Below, in pieces: positions 46,491-56,919 of a stretch of DNA of 64,000 nucleotides. Where the stretch lies: positions 26,979 through 90,978 of the IMG/VR virus record IMGVR_UViG_3300044641_010328. The stretch is one strand, 5' to 3'. The stretch comes from a virus. How positions within the stretch are numbered: the stretch's first letter is position 1; each line of letters opens with the position of its first letter. The notes beneath the pieces are model-generated. The model did not search any database, was not told the DNA's origin, and was given only the letters and a program-made list of their open reading frames with translations. The translations under genes and the position numbers were made by a program.

Positions 46491-49400
46491 TCACCTGCTA
46501 ATCTTTGGACCTGGTGCGACCGCTGTCTCTGCAACGGCGCCGCCGTCTTTGAAGAGGCGCCTGCTGATCATACCGCCATCTGGCATTGGACTTCCAGCAG
46601 TGTCATGCATAATTTGTCCAACGTTGTAGATTGGTGCACGATTGAAGCCGTTCGAGTCGAGACCAGGTGCAATATCGTGAATCGGGTTAAAAGTAATCTG
46701 AACTTTGCAAGCCATGGGCGCACGAGAGTTCCAGTCCATCTCCCACGCTGCTGTATCCATCCAGGTGAAGGTCATGTTCTTTATGACTCCAGCCAGCCCC
46801 TCACCCATTCTGTCCTCAAAGGCCTTTGTGATGGGGTTTAGATAGGGAGAAGTAAAAGTTCTTCCAATAGATCCTAAGAAATCTGCAAGAGGAAGATCAA
46901 CCGGGACATCCGCTTTGTCGGTAGCTGATGTCAAGATATTTGAAACAATGCTAGATGCCACGCCTGAAGCACCGCTTACCAGACCAAGAGATAGCAGCAT
47001 GCCAGGCATTGCAGCAATGTCTACAATTGATCCGGAATCAACGTAGAGATCTGCAGCAGAGACCTTACATTTGGAACCATTTATCTGATCTGACAGCGTG
47101 TAGTCATTTAGCTCTAGTTCGTAGACTGTTCCTGTTCTTCCCTCGTATCTCTCGATAGCGCGTACATTTATCGGGCGTCTGAGCCTAAGATTTTGAGTCT
47201 TGCCGTCGGGTCTAGTTACGATGTAAGGGGTTGATCGAGCCTTTAGAATAAGCTTGCTTCTAAGTCCGATGAACTCCCTATCAGCGCGAGAGGCATCCTC
47301 ATCAACCGACTCTTCTAGCAAGTACTTGTCCCGATTCTGGAAGAAGTTTTCTCTTTCTGTGTTTAGCAGCGGATTGACGAACCCATTTTTCAGATAATAT
47401 GCAGTAAGCTCTGCTCCAAAATCAGCAGCTGCCTGTGCAACCCCTGCAGCGAAAGGATCTTTGATCATAGAGATGTAGCTTGTCAACTCGAGCGGTGATG
47501 CAGTGTAGACCAGAAAAGGCAGAAGCCTTACGTCAAAGCTTGGCAATTTGCCGCCGGACGAGAGCTGAGTGGTGTTTGCAACGTTCTGGATGAATTGAGT
47601 TGCACCAGCAGCTAGATTATCTCCCGATGCTGGATATGAGGCACCAAAGGTATCATTTCCAACACCAAAAAGTTTAGCAAAATTATATCTGCTATAGTTC
47701 GTCTTCACAAGATCACCAACGCGCAACCTAACAACAGGAGTTCCTCCTGCTATCTGGCTAAACGGCTGTTCGAATCTGACAGTTTGTTTGCTTATTTTGC
47801 CAAACGGTGTCGAATCATCATTTGTCTGTGCTGTTCTGCCTCTTGTGTACTGCGGATATACAAGCGTCGTAAGCTTGTTGATCTTAAACCACATCTCATC
47901 AAAATCTTCTTTCGAGGTCGCGACGATGTTGAATGTGAGACCAATCGTCCTGGTTGTGCTAGAATAGTTCTGGACAGGATCTGCTCTACCGAATCCCTTT
48001 GTTTCAGTAAAATTGGCTGAAAATCCATCAGTAAGGCTTTCAAGGAAAGCGTGAAAAGCGACTATCTCATTTGTTCTGAGGTCTCTGAAATAGAAGGGCA
48101 CATACTCGGCAGAAAGCCTGTTCTCAATTATCCTTGCAACAATTGGAGGAATAACTCCTGAGTTTCTATTTATGCGCGCGTAGGTCTTGTCGTAGAGCGT
48201 AGATCCAAGCATTCCCTTGATGGGATTCGATCCCTTCTCAGCATCAAACATGTAATCAAGATCAAAGGTTGCTGCCATCGCCTCCACGGGCAATATGAAC
48301 AAGCTTGGCAGGCAGCTGTTTCTCCACGCGAGTGATGAATTGCTCAAAAGCCTACCATCACGTGACTTCATCTGCCTGGTCCCTGGCGCGTCTGGGTATT
48401 CATCCATTCCGTAAGGATTGGTGATTGAACCCGGGTCCTGCTCTGCCTCTGCTGTGGTAATTCCCTGAATGACCAAGCGCTGGTATCCGATCGATGCAAA
48501 CACATTGATGATCTTCACTGCCAGAGAGTCTTTCATGCTGAGAAGGCACGCAACAAAGTCAGACCCGTCGATCTCTGCGCCACTTCTGCCAATCGAGACA
48601 TTATTGAGAACTCTTGAGAATTCTGCCAGGCTTCTCAGTGCACTCTCAGATACAGCTCGCCAAAAACCCTGGCTCATTCCCATCGAAGAGCTAAAATAGG
48701 GTTTACCAAGATTTTTTGCAATATTCTCTATCTCTGATTTGTACTTTTCTGCCAGCTGCGGCGTGTCGTATTGAATTGGCTGGACTGATGTCTGTAGAGA
48801 TTTAAACCCAAAGCAAGAGTACAATCCCTCAGAAACACAGGACGTGTAGCTGTATATTCCGGTCTGGAACATGAAAGTCCTGATGAGGGCACGTGTCTTT
48901 GTCGTGACCTTGGACTTTACACTCGTTCCCATGTAATAGGGGCCTCGGAGCACGCTGTCATTGCTGACCTGAAGCTCCTGGATGTATGAATTTATGTTGA
49001 TTAGCTTGTTGTCAATGAATGAGCAAAGTCCTAGAATTGCTATTCCAGCCTGCAAGGACTGAATTCTCTCGCTTGCTGGCTTGCTCTGGCTTTCTCCAAA
49101 GGGCTGGTCTGGTGTGTGAGTGCTGCCACGCGTGCGTGAATATTCGGCCTCACTGGCTAGACGCTGCACCGCGTCGCCTCTTCCATCCAGGAAGCTGCTT
49201 CCGTCCGAATTCTCTGGTGCTCCAAAAGCGTCTCTAGCTCTAAAGGGCTCAACTGATGATTGCTGCTTATAGAGGCTAGGAAATCTTGCAAGCGTATTTG
49301 ATGTAACATCAGAAAATGCTTTTGATGGATCTTGTGCTTCACCCGGCGTCTCGGATTGATCCCAGCCGGCCGCCTTTAAGATCATGCTCCTTGCAATGTT

Positions 49401-50108
49401 CGACAGGTCATCCTGACTAACATCAGCGGATACTTCTACAGTCTCGGGCTCGTATGTCCCACGACCAATCTGGACACGAGCCTTCCGGTCACTGATGTAC
49501 TCCTTCGTATCGATCGTGTTTCCATCTGTGTCTATGCTGTATCCGGGCGGGTCATCAGTTGGTGAGAACGTGTTATATTTTTTGAGAGAAGCAAATGCGC
49601 CCACGACCGCCCGTGATTGTTCGGGCGCCAAATCTGAGCTGGCGGGTGCAGGGACCACGTCTGTCAGGAGAGTGTTTCCATTGCTAGCCCCTCCCGCACC
49701 TGTTTTGTCAACAATGGAAGACAGGGGTACGCCAGACTGGTCAAATACTGCGCTGTTTGATCGATTGAGAGCGTCTGCATTCTGCCTGATGTTGGAATCT
49801 GCAAAGACATTCAGCGCGCTTGTTGATTCTGCAGCTGGAATTGAGGATCCACGGCCTGAGGCGGGTGCCTCGTGTGCTCCTGGAGCAATCTGGTATTCAT
49901 TTCTTTCTGTGATGAAGGACGTGTAATCTCCGAGTAGAGATTCTCCGGTCGCAAAATCAAGAAGAGGCCTGCCTGTGTTCGGCTCTACTCCAAGATCATC
50001 AAGCTCTCCGACGATGCCATCTGGGCCCGGGTCAACAGGCAGAGAGATACCAGTCGCTGTCGATCCTGCGCTTATTAGAAAATCACGTAGGGTTTGACGA
50101 GTTGACAT
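46491..50108 (-). CDS. large baseplate/tail-tube-initiator-like structural protein
   Basis: PFYF.D.R...F.AF...L.D, GR.DPV..Y..T.R, LVYP.Y and P..RLR.GD motifs; start after GGAGGAG. Confidence 0.75.
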   Translation of the reverse strand: MSTRQTLRDFLISAGSTATGISLPVDPGPDGIVGELDDLGVEPNTGRPLLDFATGESLLGDYTSFITERNEYQIAPGAHEAPASGRGSSIPAAESTSALNVFADSNIRQNADALNRSNSAVFDQSGVPLSSIVDKTGAGGASNGNTLLTDVVPAPASSDLAPEQSRAVVGAFASLKKYNTFSPTDDPPGYSIDTDGNTIDTKEYISDRKARVQIGRGTYEPETVEVSADVSQDDLSNIARSMILKAAGWDQSETPGEAQDPSKAFSDVTSNTLARFPSLYKQQSSVEPFRARDAFGAPENSDGSSFLDGRGDAVQRLASEAEYSRTRGSTHTPDQPFGESQSKPASERIQSLQAGIAILGLCSFIDNKLININSYIQELQVSNDSVLRGPYYMGTSVKSKVTTKTRALIRTFMFQTGIYSYTSCVSEGLYSCFGFKSLQTSVQPIQYDTPQLAEKYKSEIENIAKNLGKPYFSSSMGMSQGFWRAVSESALRSLAEFSRVLNNVSIGRSGAEIDGSDFVACLLSMKDSLAVKIINVFASIGYQRLVIQGITTAEAEQDPGSITNPYGMDEYPDAPGTRQMKSRDGRLLSNSSLAWRNSCLPSLFILPVEAMAATFDLDYMFDAEKGSNPIKGMLGSTLYDKTYARINRNSGVIPPIVARIIENRLSAEYVPFYFRDLRTNEIVAFHAFLESLTDGFSANFTETKGFGRADPVQNYSSTTRTIGLTFNIVATSKEDFDEMWFKINKLTTLVYPQYTRGRTAQTNDDSTPFGKISKQTVRFEQPFSQIAGGTPVVRLRVGDLVKTNYSRYNFAKLFGVGNDTFGASYPASGDNLAAGATQFIQNVANTTQLSSGGKLPSFDVRLLPFLVYTASPLELTSYISMIKDPFAAGVAQAAADFGAELTAYYLKNGFVNPLLNTERENFFQNRDKYLLEESVDEDASRADREFIGLRSKLILKARSTPYIVTRPDGKTQNLRLRRPINVRAIERYEGRTGTVYELELNDYTLSDQINGSKCKVSAADLYVDSGSIVDIAAMPGMLLSLGLVSGASGVASSIVSNILTSATDKADVPVDLPLADFLGSIGRTFTSPYLNPITKAFEDRMGEGLAGVIKNMTFTWMDTAAWEMDWNSRAPMACKVQITFNPIHDIAPGLDSNGFNRAPIYNVGQIMHDTAGSPMPDGGMISRRLFKDGGAVAETAVAPGPKISR

Positions 50109-50262
50109 TCTCCTCCGATGACGAGTGTGCACCTACAAGATTAGGTATCTCACCGATCGACTGGTCGACAGCGCGCAAAAAATCCTCTGAGAGATGCGCA
50201 GATTCAAGCGCATCACAGGCCTCCTGCAGTAGAATTTCAAGCTCTTTTGCAAATTCTTCCAT
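50083..50262 (-). CDS. hypothetical protein (59 aa, below the track cutoff)
   Basis: Hand-translated MEEFAKELEILLQEACDAL...; fills the gap between genes. Confidence 0.5.
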   Translation of the reverse strand: MEEFAKELEILLQEACDALESAHLSEDFLRAVDQSIGEIPNLVGAHSSSEENVNSSNPT

Positions 50263-50273
50263 TGTATTTTTCT

Positions 50274-52313
50274 CTAGGGTAGTACAACTGGCGTGTTGGA
50301 TGTATCCCGGCTAAACACAAGCTTAAGCTCTCCGCCCTCACCGGGGACATTAATATCAACTCCTTGTGAGCCTTCGTACAGAATATTCTTCGCAAGAACC
50401 TTTGTGAACTCATCGTTGCCCTCGAACGTCAAGACGATGTTGACTGTCTGCGACGTGGCGGTCCTTGCAGCGGTTCCGGAGGTCGCGGTGCTGGATGTCT
50501 CAGCTGGTGCTGCTGGCGAGCCAGCAGGTGAGGCTGCGGGTGCCGCTGCCGCGGACGCGGTTGGCGTTCTTGGAGCAACTGATGTTGCTACAGCACCTTC
50601 GCGACCCGCAGCTTCCTCTGCTGTGATTTCAGCTGGTGTGACAGCGGAGACGACCGGTGCCGCTACAGGTGCAGTTGCTGCAGCTGGTGCTGGTGGAGGA
50701 GGAGGCGGCGGATTCGGGACAGTCGTAGCCCCGCCAGAAGAAGCCGCAGATGCAGCTTCTGCCACGGCATTTACTTCGGCAGTTAAACCATCCGTCGCCG
50801 TCTTCACTGGCGTCTCTGGAGCAGGAGGCGTCTGCGACGTGCTAGAGGCTCTGCTGCTCGGCTCTGTCTTCCGCAGCATTTCATCGATTTCACGATTCAT
50901 CCCCTCGAGCTGTCTTCTTAGATTAGTAGCTGCCACAAGTGCCTGATCTCTGCTTGTTCCCATGTCCTCGACAACCTGCTGAACAATTCCAACAGTTGTA
51001 CGGTACGAGTGCTCGATCGTTTTTGCATAGTCAGCAGATGCGATCTGCATTGATGAAATTCTGCTTTGGATCTCTGTAGCAGTCAAGTTCTTCGCCTGTT
51101 CTGCCATGCTGTTCATGCTGGCTATCATGCTGTCAACTTCTGTCTTTGACATCTTACCAGCTCTCTCTTCTATCTCACCTGATATGCTCTCAATTGCACT
51201 GAAGTTGTCATTCAATAGCCGCTGTAGGATCCTGGGATCAACACCGAACGCTTGCGCAATCTGCTTTTGCTGGATGATGTTCATATTTTCAAATTCGACG
51301 CCCTGTGACTCTAGCTGGTTTCTTAGCTCCTCAATGAATCCCTCTTGATCCTCATTTGCAAGCCGGAAGAGCTCAAGCGTGTCCAGCGTGGCGCCAGTCG
51401 TGGCTGCGAGCTTGCTCATTGTCTCAGCTGCGCGATCAAAATTTGAAAACTGATCTGAAAGTCTTGTTACGTCGGATATGTTTATGCCTAGCTGGTGCAT
51501 GGTTGCTGATAGAGAGGCCATCTGCTCCTTGGTCATCGCGCCGAAGTGACCAAAGTCCTTCATCATCTTTGCAACATCTTGCGCAATCACCTGTGGCACC
51601 TGACCCGATGCTTGCGCTGCTGCCATGACAACCTTATTGAACTCATCGAGCATCTCACCGCTAATTTTTCCAGTTGTCGATAGCTCGATCTGGAAGATTT
51701 CGTTCAATTCATCTGATTGCAGCCTAAGTGCATCCATCGAGAACTTGATGTTTTTTTGCAACTCAAATGACATTCCTTCGACGCCTGCATTGAACAGCCG
51801 CTGATCGTTAAGAATGACATCCTTGAAATCGCGTGATAGCTCCTCAGCACTCTTGATGAAAGCGGCTGTAGCTAGCTTTGATCCGTCGATCATTTGAACC
51901 TTAGCAGCTGCTAGGTCCTGAACAGACTGGTATGCCTGCTTGGAAAGCTTTTGCGCAACAGTATCGATCCCGAATTCTGTTCTTTCGAGCGCGATAGCAT
52001 TTAATCCAGTGACGCTCTGCAGCATCGCCTGGACCTCAACTGTTGCGCTCGACATATTCTCAAGGCGCTGTGTAGACTGTTTGAATAGCTCTATTGCTTT
52101 ATCAGCTGTCTTGAGAGCAGTTGTCTCAATGGTCTGCGCGAACGCGTCTGCTGCAGTTCTTGCTAGTTCAAACTGGTCTGTTACTATCTTAAGAACAGCG
52201 CCTGCTGTTTCTGCAGCTGCTGTGAGACCTTCAATAGTTTGACCAATTCGCGAAGCGTAGCTTGCGTCTGATTCGCCCGGTTGTTTCTCTAGAGTATCTT
52301 GGTCTGCTGGCAT
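50274..52313 (-). CDS. putative tail tape-measure protein
   Basis: Long helical A/Q/E-rich protein directly after the tail chaperone genes. Confidence 0.7.
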   Translation of the reverse strand: MPADQDTLEKQPGESDASYASRIGQTIEGLTAAAETAGAVLKIVTDQFELARTAADAFAQTIETTALKTADKAIELFKQSTQRLENMSSATVEVQAMLQSVTGLNAIALERTEFGIDTVAQKLSKQAYQSVQDLAAAKVQMIDGSKLATAAFIKSAEELSRDFKDVILNDQRLFNAGVEGMSFELQKNIKFSMDALRLQSDELNEIFQIELSTTGKISGEMLDEFNKVVMAAAQASGQVPQVIAQDVAKMMKDFGHFGAMTKEQMASLSATMHQLGINISDVTRLSDQFSNFDRAAETMSKLAATTGATLDTLELFRLANEDQEGFIEELRNQLESQGVEFENMNIIQQKQIAQAFGVDPRILQRLLNDNFSAIESISGEIEERAGKMSKTEVDSMIASMNSMAEQAKNLTATEIQSRISSMQIASADYAKTIEHSYRTTVGIVQQVVEDMGTSRDQALVAATNLRRQLEGMNREIDEMLRKTEPSSRASSTSQTPPAPETPVKTATDGLTAEVNAVAEAASAASSGGATTVPNPPPPPPPAPAAATAPVAAPVVSAVTPAEITAEEAAGREGAVATSVAPRTPTASAAAAPAASPAGSPAAPAETSSTATSGTAARTATSQTVNIVLTFEGNDEFTKVLAKNILYEGSQGVDINVPGEGGELKLVFSRDTSNTPVVLP

Positions 52314-52321
52314 AAATATAA

Positions 52322-52535
52322 CTATCTTATCGAGGATATCGGTGTATCATCGTCTAGTCCGTACTGATCCTTGGGCTGTGATTGTTTTCTTTCTTTTATT
52401 ACGCGCCTAATGAACCAGTCCCTGTAAGATACAGGCATAGAGCGGATGGTCTCATAGCTCATTCCGAGGCTTCTCATGAGAAAATAGTGGTCTTCTAGTA
52501 TGGTCTCTCTGCTTGACTCATTGAGGCCAAAAAAA
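52322..52535 (-). CDS. tail assembly chaperone C-terminal part (probable frameshift extension)
   Basis: FFGL...Y.LM....SY..I..MP...R.WFI; overlaps the T7 run at the end of the upstream gene. Confidence 0.65.
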
Positions 52536-53357
52536 CGATGCACCCATTGGCAGACCCACCTTTGACTCGGCGCCGCATGAATTGCATCGCATGTCAACAC
52601 TCATGTCTAGTCCAGGCTCAATAGCCGCCATGTGCTGACGAAGCGCGCGGCTATCTGCTGCTGGCATTGCCCTGATGAAGGCGCTGATTGCATTCTTGTC
52701 TGTCTTCCCGTCGATGCTTAGGAGCTGATTTTCCAGAGACTTTGTGACCGTTCCTTCGATTTTTGCGTCGGGGAAGAGCTTTGCCATCCTTTCACGGGCG
52801 CGTGTGGCTTCCTCCTCATCATTTGCTGTCATAAGCTTGAATGTGACTCGCTTCTTTGAGACAGGAAGAGAAAATTCAAACTCATTTTGTCCAGGTGCGA
52901 CTGGATTTGTGCCCAATCGCTTGATAGCAAGATCTGATAGATCAAATGTATAGCTCCCCTGTCTTGCACACGCCGGACAAGTTGCAACAGCATTGTAGGC
53001 AGATCCGTATCCTGTAATTCTGATTGCAACCAAAATGGCAGTTCTATCTCCGATAAGCATCTCTCCAGGATCAATTGACTTATCGATAAGGCAGCTCTTT
53101 ACTAGAGATGCTACTACAGTTCCTTCCTTTGCGAGCGCGCGAGAGAGAAGTATGTCCTCCTCCTGCGCCGTCATTGCCTTGATCTGCACTGATGTCACAC
53201 CGTGCAGCGCGCTGCCTGCGGGATAAATGCCACCGCCCGATGGCAGCGGGATCTGCTCCACTGGGACTGTCCATCCAAAGACATCCTGCACAGGAGAAAC
53301 TCGAGGTATGTTGCTAACAGCTAAATTTTGTGTCCCAAGATCGATCTTCTTTGGCAT
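52518..53357 (-). CDS. baseplate hub assembly / tail chaperone (T4 gp26-like)
   Basis: LPS.G..Y, MTA..EDIL, GDR....R..GYG, two CxxC motifs and an FFWP end. Confidence 0.8.
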   Translation of the reverse strand: MPKKIDLGTQNLAVSNIPRVSPVQDVFGWTVPVEQIPLPSGGGIYPAGSALHGVTSVQIKAMTAQEEDILLSRALAKEGTVVASLVKSCLIDKSIDPGEMLIGDRTAILVAIRITGYGSAYNAVATCPACARQGSYTFDLSDLAIKRLGTNPVAPGQNEFEFSLPVSKKRVTFKLMTANDEEEATRARERMAKLFPDAKIEGTVTKSLENQLLSIDGKTDKNAISAFIRAMPAADSRALRQHMAAIEPGLDMSVDMRCNSCGAESKVGLPMGASFFWPQ

Positions 53358-53445
53358 TTTCTCTCTTGAATCGGGCGAATGCAAATCTGCCCGCAATTTC
53401 ATCTAAAATATAGAATTGCGGGCAGATCTTGTAAAATATTCTAAA

Positions 53446-53943
53446 TCAGTACTGGAGCACGCACTGATCGAATCGAATTGTCAGTGCAATATCAACAATA
53501 TCGTCGCCGCCATAATCGACGTTTCCAAAGGTTGCATTTGTCAGGAAGCAGCCCTTCATGTCCCAGAGCTCGACGACTGTTCCGATAGGATCCAGCATCT
53601 TTAGCTGGCAGTCACGCTTGTAGAAGTCAGCGTAACCAGAACGACCCGAGACTGACTCGTGGTGAGTTCTGATCCACTCCATCACCTGCTGCGCGCCTGA
53701 AGGAGCGATTGGGTCGTGCAAGTTTACGTTGATGGTGTTGAATGTCATCTTTCCCGAGATGTAACGTGTTGTATTAATCCAGGGAATAGCCTTGTCTGGC
53801 ATCGTGAAGGTTGGCCTGCCGGCGGTCTTGATGAGAAAGGCGTCAATGCCCTCAATTGAAAATATCCATCGGTGCTTCCTCTTGGGTTCAAACTTATTTG
53901 GAAGCATATCCGTGACAGAAAGCGTCTCTGCCGATGTTGCCAT
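53446..53943 (-). CDS. tail tube protein (gp19-like)
   Basis: FEPKR..R, L.DPI.PSGAQ.VMEW and GY.DFYK motifs; follows the sheath genes. Confidence 0.9.
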   Translation of the reverse strand: MATSAETLSVTDMLPNKFEPKRKHRWIFSIEGIDAFLIKTAGRPTFTMPDKAIPWINTTRYISGKMTFNTINVNLHDPIAPSGAQQVMEWIRTHHESVSGRSGYADFYKRDCQLKMLDPIGTVVELWDMKGCFLTNATFGNVDYGGDDIVDIALTIRFDQCVLQY

Positions 53944-54010
53944 TTTTAGCTCCTGTGTACCTTTACTTATTTATCACTGTGAAATCTTCTGATTTAACAA
54001 AAATCATGCA

Positions 54011-56893
54011 CTAGACCGAGGCGCTCCTTCCTGTTACAACGAAGTCAACCGAGATGAACTCTGCTGTCCTTGTTGGCTGGATGAAGATCTTGCCCCTAAT
54101 TGTGTTGTTCTCAATGTCTGCCTGCGTCGTGGTCGTCGTATCGATCTGAACCTTGTAGCGGTCCACACCTCCACCTGACTGAATCCTCTGCAAGATCGGG
54201 TTGACAAGCGAATTGAACCTATCAAGAGTTGCTTGCGTATTTGGCTCAAATAGGAGGCTATTTGCAACCTGCCTGACCTGACGCCTCAGGAAGATGAGGA
54301 GCCTTCTTACGTTGATCCTGTCAAGGGAAGAAGCAGCCTGGAGCAGAGTCTTCTGTCCCCAAACAACAAATCCCGTGCCTGGGAATGCAACAAGCGGATT
54401 GATCGAGGCATCGTAGAGCGTGTCAAGATCATCCTGCGATAGTGAGACAGATGAATCAACAACTGACGCCAGAGACGCTCTGTTGAATCCCGCTGGCGCG
54501 TTCCAGTATGCACCCACCCTGTCGTTCTTTGCAAACGCGCCAATTACAGCAACGCTTGGCGGCACTGAGGTGAGATCACCCGTGTCTGGATTCGTGATGG
54601 TGACGTCAGGGAAGTATGCTGCTGCAAATGAGGTGTTCAGATTCCTGCCCTCGAATGCGCTGACTGTGTATGAGACGTCAATTGTCGAGCTAGATCCCGT
54701 GATGACAGCATTGAATGCGTCTCTCTCCTCGATGTCCATGATGTACATTGCATCGAAACGATTCTCAATGGCTGTGATCGCGTAATTCGTGACCGATGAG
54801 TGTCGAATGCCTGGAATTGCAAGTATCTGGATGTCAGTATCAGACTTGCTTCCCATGATATCGACTGCCTTCTTGTAGGCTACAACAGTGGGACCGCTGG
54901 TGGATCCACCCTGGTTTCCTGCATCATCGATCTCTCTCTTGATCGCAAGGTTTGTGAGATTTGACTTTTGGCTATCAAAGATGTTCACGCCGTCAAATCC
55001 GCCCTGCATGATGACCTCAAACGAGACATACTGCGATGTTCTTGAGGTTACATTTGAAAGATCGTCAACTGTTAGGCCTCTTGTCTTGTTTGCTGCATTT
55101 GCAACGATATTTCCTTGCCTCACGTAGGATGCTGATGACCACTTAGAGGGATCGGCATACGTGCTTGAAGCGGTGACAACCTGAATGTTCTCAATTGTGA
55201 ACAGGTTGTTGCAGAAAGCGTCGGCTGCAGAAGAATTCTCCACAAAGAATTTAGCATCTGATGGTGCAAATGAAGGGAAGAATTTCGTGTAGCTTGCGAC
55301 GGAGTCGTTGACAACCTCTGTGTAGTTGTAATCAGATAGGCTCTGTAGCTGTAGCTGAGTTCCCCACGCGATGTTTGTTGATGGAATTCCGCCTGCATTT
55401 ATATTTTTACGCATTGGAACAGGAGGAATCGCAGCCCTCTGGAGATCTAACAGGTGACCTGAATCCATGGTTCCGGGGTCTGATCCTGAAGCTAGAATGC
55501 TTCCTGACGTGTTGAGGTACCCGTAGCCCTTAAATCCAAATGGTAGCGCTGTTGCAGGAACATTGCCTTGGATGACATCGTCAGATATCTCGACTCTGAC
55601 GTAGTTTCCGACTACAGGATAGTCTCCATCGATTGCCAACTTTTGAGAGCTTGAAGCTCTGTCAAAATCAAAGTAAACGTGCTGGTCGCCGATTGCACGT
55701 GCAACGTATGAAGTTGACGAGGGATCGAGGCTTAGCCCAGTAAACCGCTGTAGAAGTGTATCAGTTCCAAAGGTATAGACTGCAAGATCAAAGGTTCCAA
55801 AGCTGTAAGCAGGGTCCCTTGATGGCGTGATATTCTCAATGAGGACCTTGTACTTCTCGTTAGCGTTTGCGCCGTCAGAGAGGGACAGGACCCTAAAGAG
55901 CGGATACCTGGTTCCTCCAAAGTCCTGCGAGACGATGTACGGCGTGCGGGGAGTTGTGTAGCGCTCGCTAAAGTTTTCAAAGTTTGGAATGACAGCGGTT
56001 GACGTGTTTCTTGAGATTGAGCTCGTGGTTATGAACACAACATCTTGCTTTGTCTGGTCATTCAGTGTGTAAGGCGCATTGAATACGATTGTTCCAGTCG
56101 GCACTGCAAGCGAGGTTGGAACATCGTAATATGAATACAGATAGTGTCCCGCCTCTTCGAGCAAGAGTGGATCTGTGTTGAGCTTCTTGGAGATATGATT
56201 GTCTCCGATTTCAAGAGAAGCAGTAACAATGCTGGGATACGCGGTCGTATTTGTGTGTCCGTTTAGAAGCATCACAAACATTGATCCCGTGATTGAAAGA
56301 GATCCAGTAATTCCGCCGTTCCTTATTGCCGAGGTCGCGCCCGGTGCATTTGATCCGTTGATGTTCCCTGATAGCGTGAGTGAAACACCAGACGGCGTCA
56401 TGATGACGCCTCGAATTATTGGATAGGCAGCCCTGTCTGCCTGAAGTCCTGCCTCGCTAAAAACAGTCGAACCAGCAGACTCAGACATGAATACGCCGAG
56501 GAAATGAGTTCTACCTTCATTTCCGCCGACGGATGCATACGGATTATTAGCAACAACTCCAGAATCCTGGACCTGGCGGACACCAACAACAAATCCGGCA
56601 TTTGTGATCTGACCAGTTGCTGCGCTTCTCTTGTTTCCATCACCAATTCCTAGCACGCGGAGGTAAGTGGCCTGGCTTGCATTGGCAAGCCACTGACTTA
56701 CAGCTAGCGGACCAAATCTATCTCCGCTCTCTCCAAACAAAGTCTTCCATACGCCGTAGGTCGTGAAAGTCACAGGAACAAACGCGGGACCCGTCTCAGA
56801 AGTTCCGATTATTCCGGCCGGAATGCCTGACGCAACTGCTTGCGTAGGCTGCGACTGGTCTATGATGTTTACTGTTACGTTGGCACTGCCCAT
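54011..56893 (-). CDS. tail sheath protein (paralog 2)
   Basis: GPAFVP, GGFDG, W.APAGFNR, WGQKTL, LDRINVRRL and FEPN motifs. Confidence 0.95.
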   Translation of the reverse strand: MGSANVTVNIIDQSQPTQAVASGIPAGIIGTSETGPAFVPVTFTTYGVWKTLFGESGDRFGPLAVSQWLANASQATYLRVLGIGDGNKRSAATGQITNAGFVVGVRQVQDSGVVANNPYASVGGNEGRTHFLGVFMSESAGSTVFSEAGLQADRAAYPIIRGVIMTPSGVSLTLSGNINGSNAPGATSAIRNGGITGSLSITGSMFVMLLNGHTNTTAYPSIVTASLEIGDNHISKKLNTDPLLLEEAGHYLYSYYDVPTSLAVPTGTIVFNAPYTLNDQTKQDVVFITTSSISRNTSTAVIPNFENFSERYTTPRTPYIVSQDFGGTRYPLFRVLSLSDGANANEKYKVLIENITPSRDPAYSFGTFDLAVYTFGTDTLLQRFTGLSLDPSSTSYVARAIGDQHVYFDFDRASSSQKLAIDGDYPVVGNYVRVEISDDVIQGNVPATALPFGFKGYGYLNTSGSILASGSDPGTMDSGHLLDLQRAAIPPVPMRKNINAGGIPSTNIAWGTQLQLQSLSDYNYTEVVNDSVASYTKFFPSFAPSDAKFFVENSSAADAFCNNLFTIENIQVVTASSTYADPSKWSSASYVRQGNIVANAANKTRGLTVDDLSNVTSRTSQYVSFEVIMQGGFDGVNIFDSQKSNLTNLAIKREIDDAGNQGGSTSGPTVVAYKKAVDIMGSKSDTDIQILAIPGIRHSSVTNYAITAIENRFDAMYIMDIEERDAFNAVITGSSSTIDVSYTVSAFEGRNLNTSFAAAYFPDVTITNPDTGDLTSVPPSVAVIGAFAKNDRVGAYWNAPAGFNRASLASVVDSSVSLSQDDLDTLYDASINPLVAFPGTGFVVWGQKTLLQAASSLDRINVRRLLIFLRRQVRQVANSLLFEPNTQATLDRFNSLVNPILQRIQSGGGVDRYKVQIDTTTTTQADIENNTIRGKIFIQPTRTAEFISVDFVVTGRSASV

Positions 56894-56919
56894 TTATCTG
56901 CTCCTATTCGTAAGTATTC

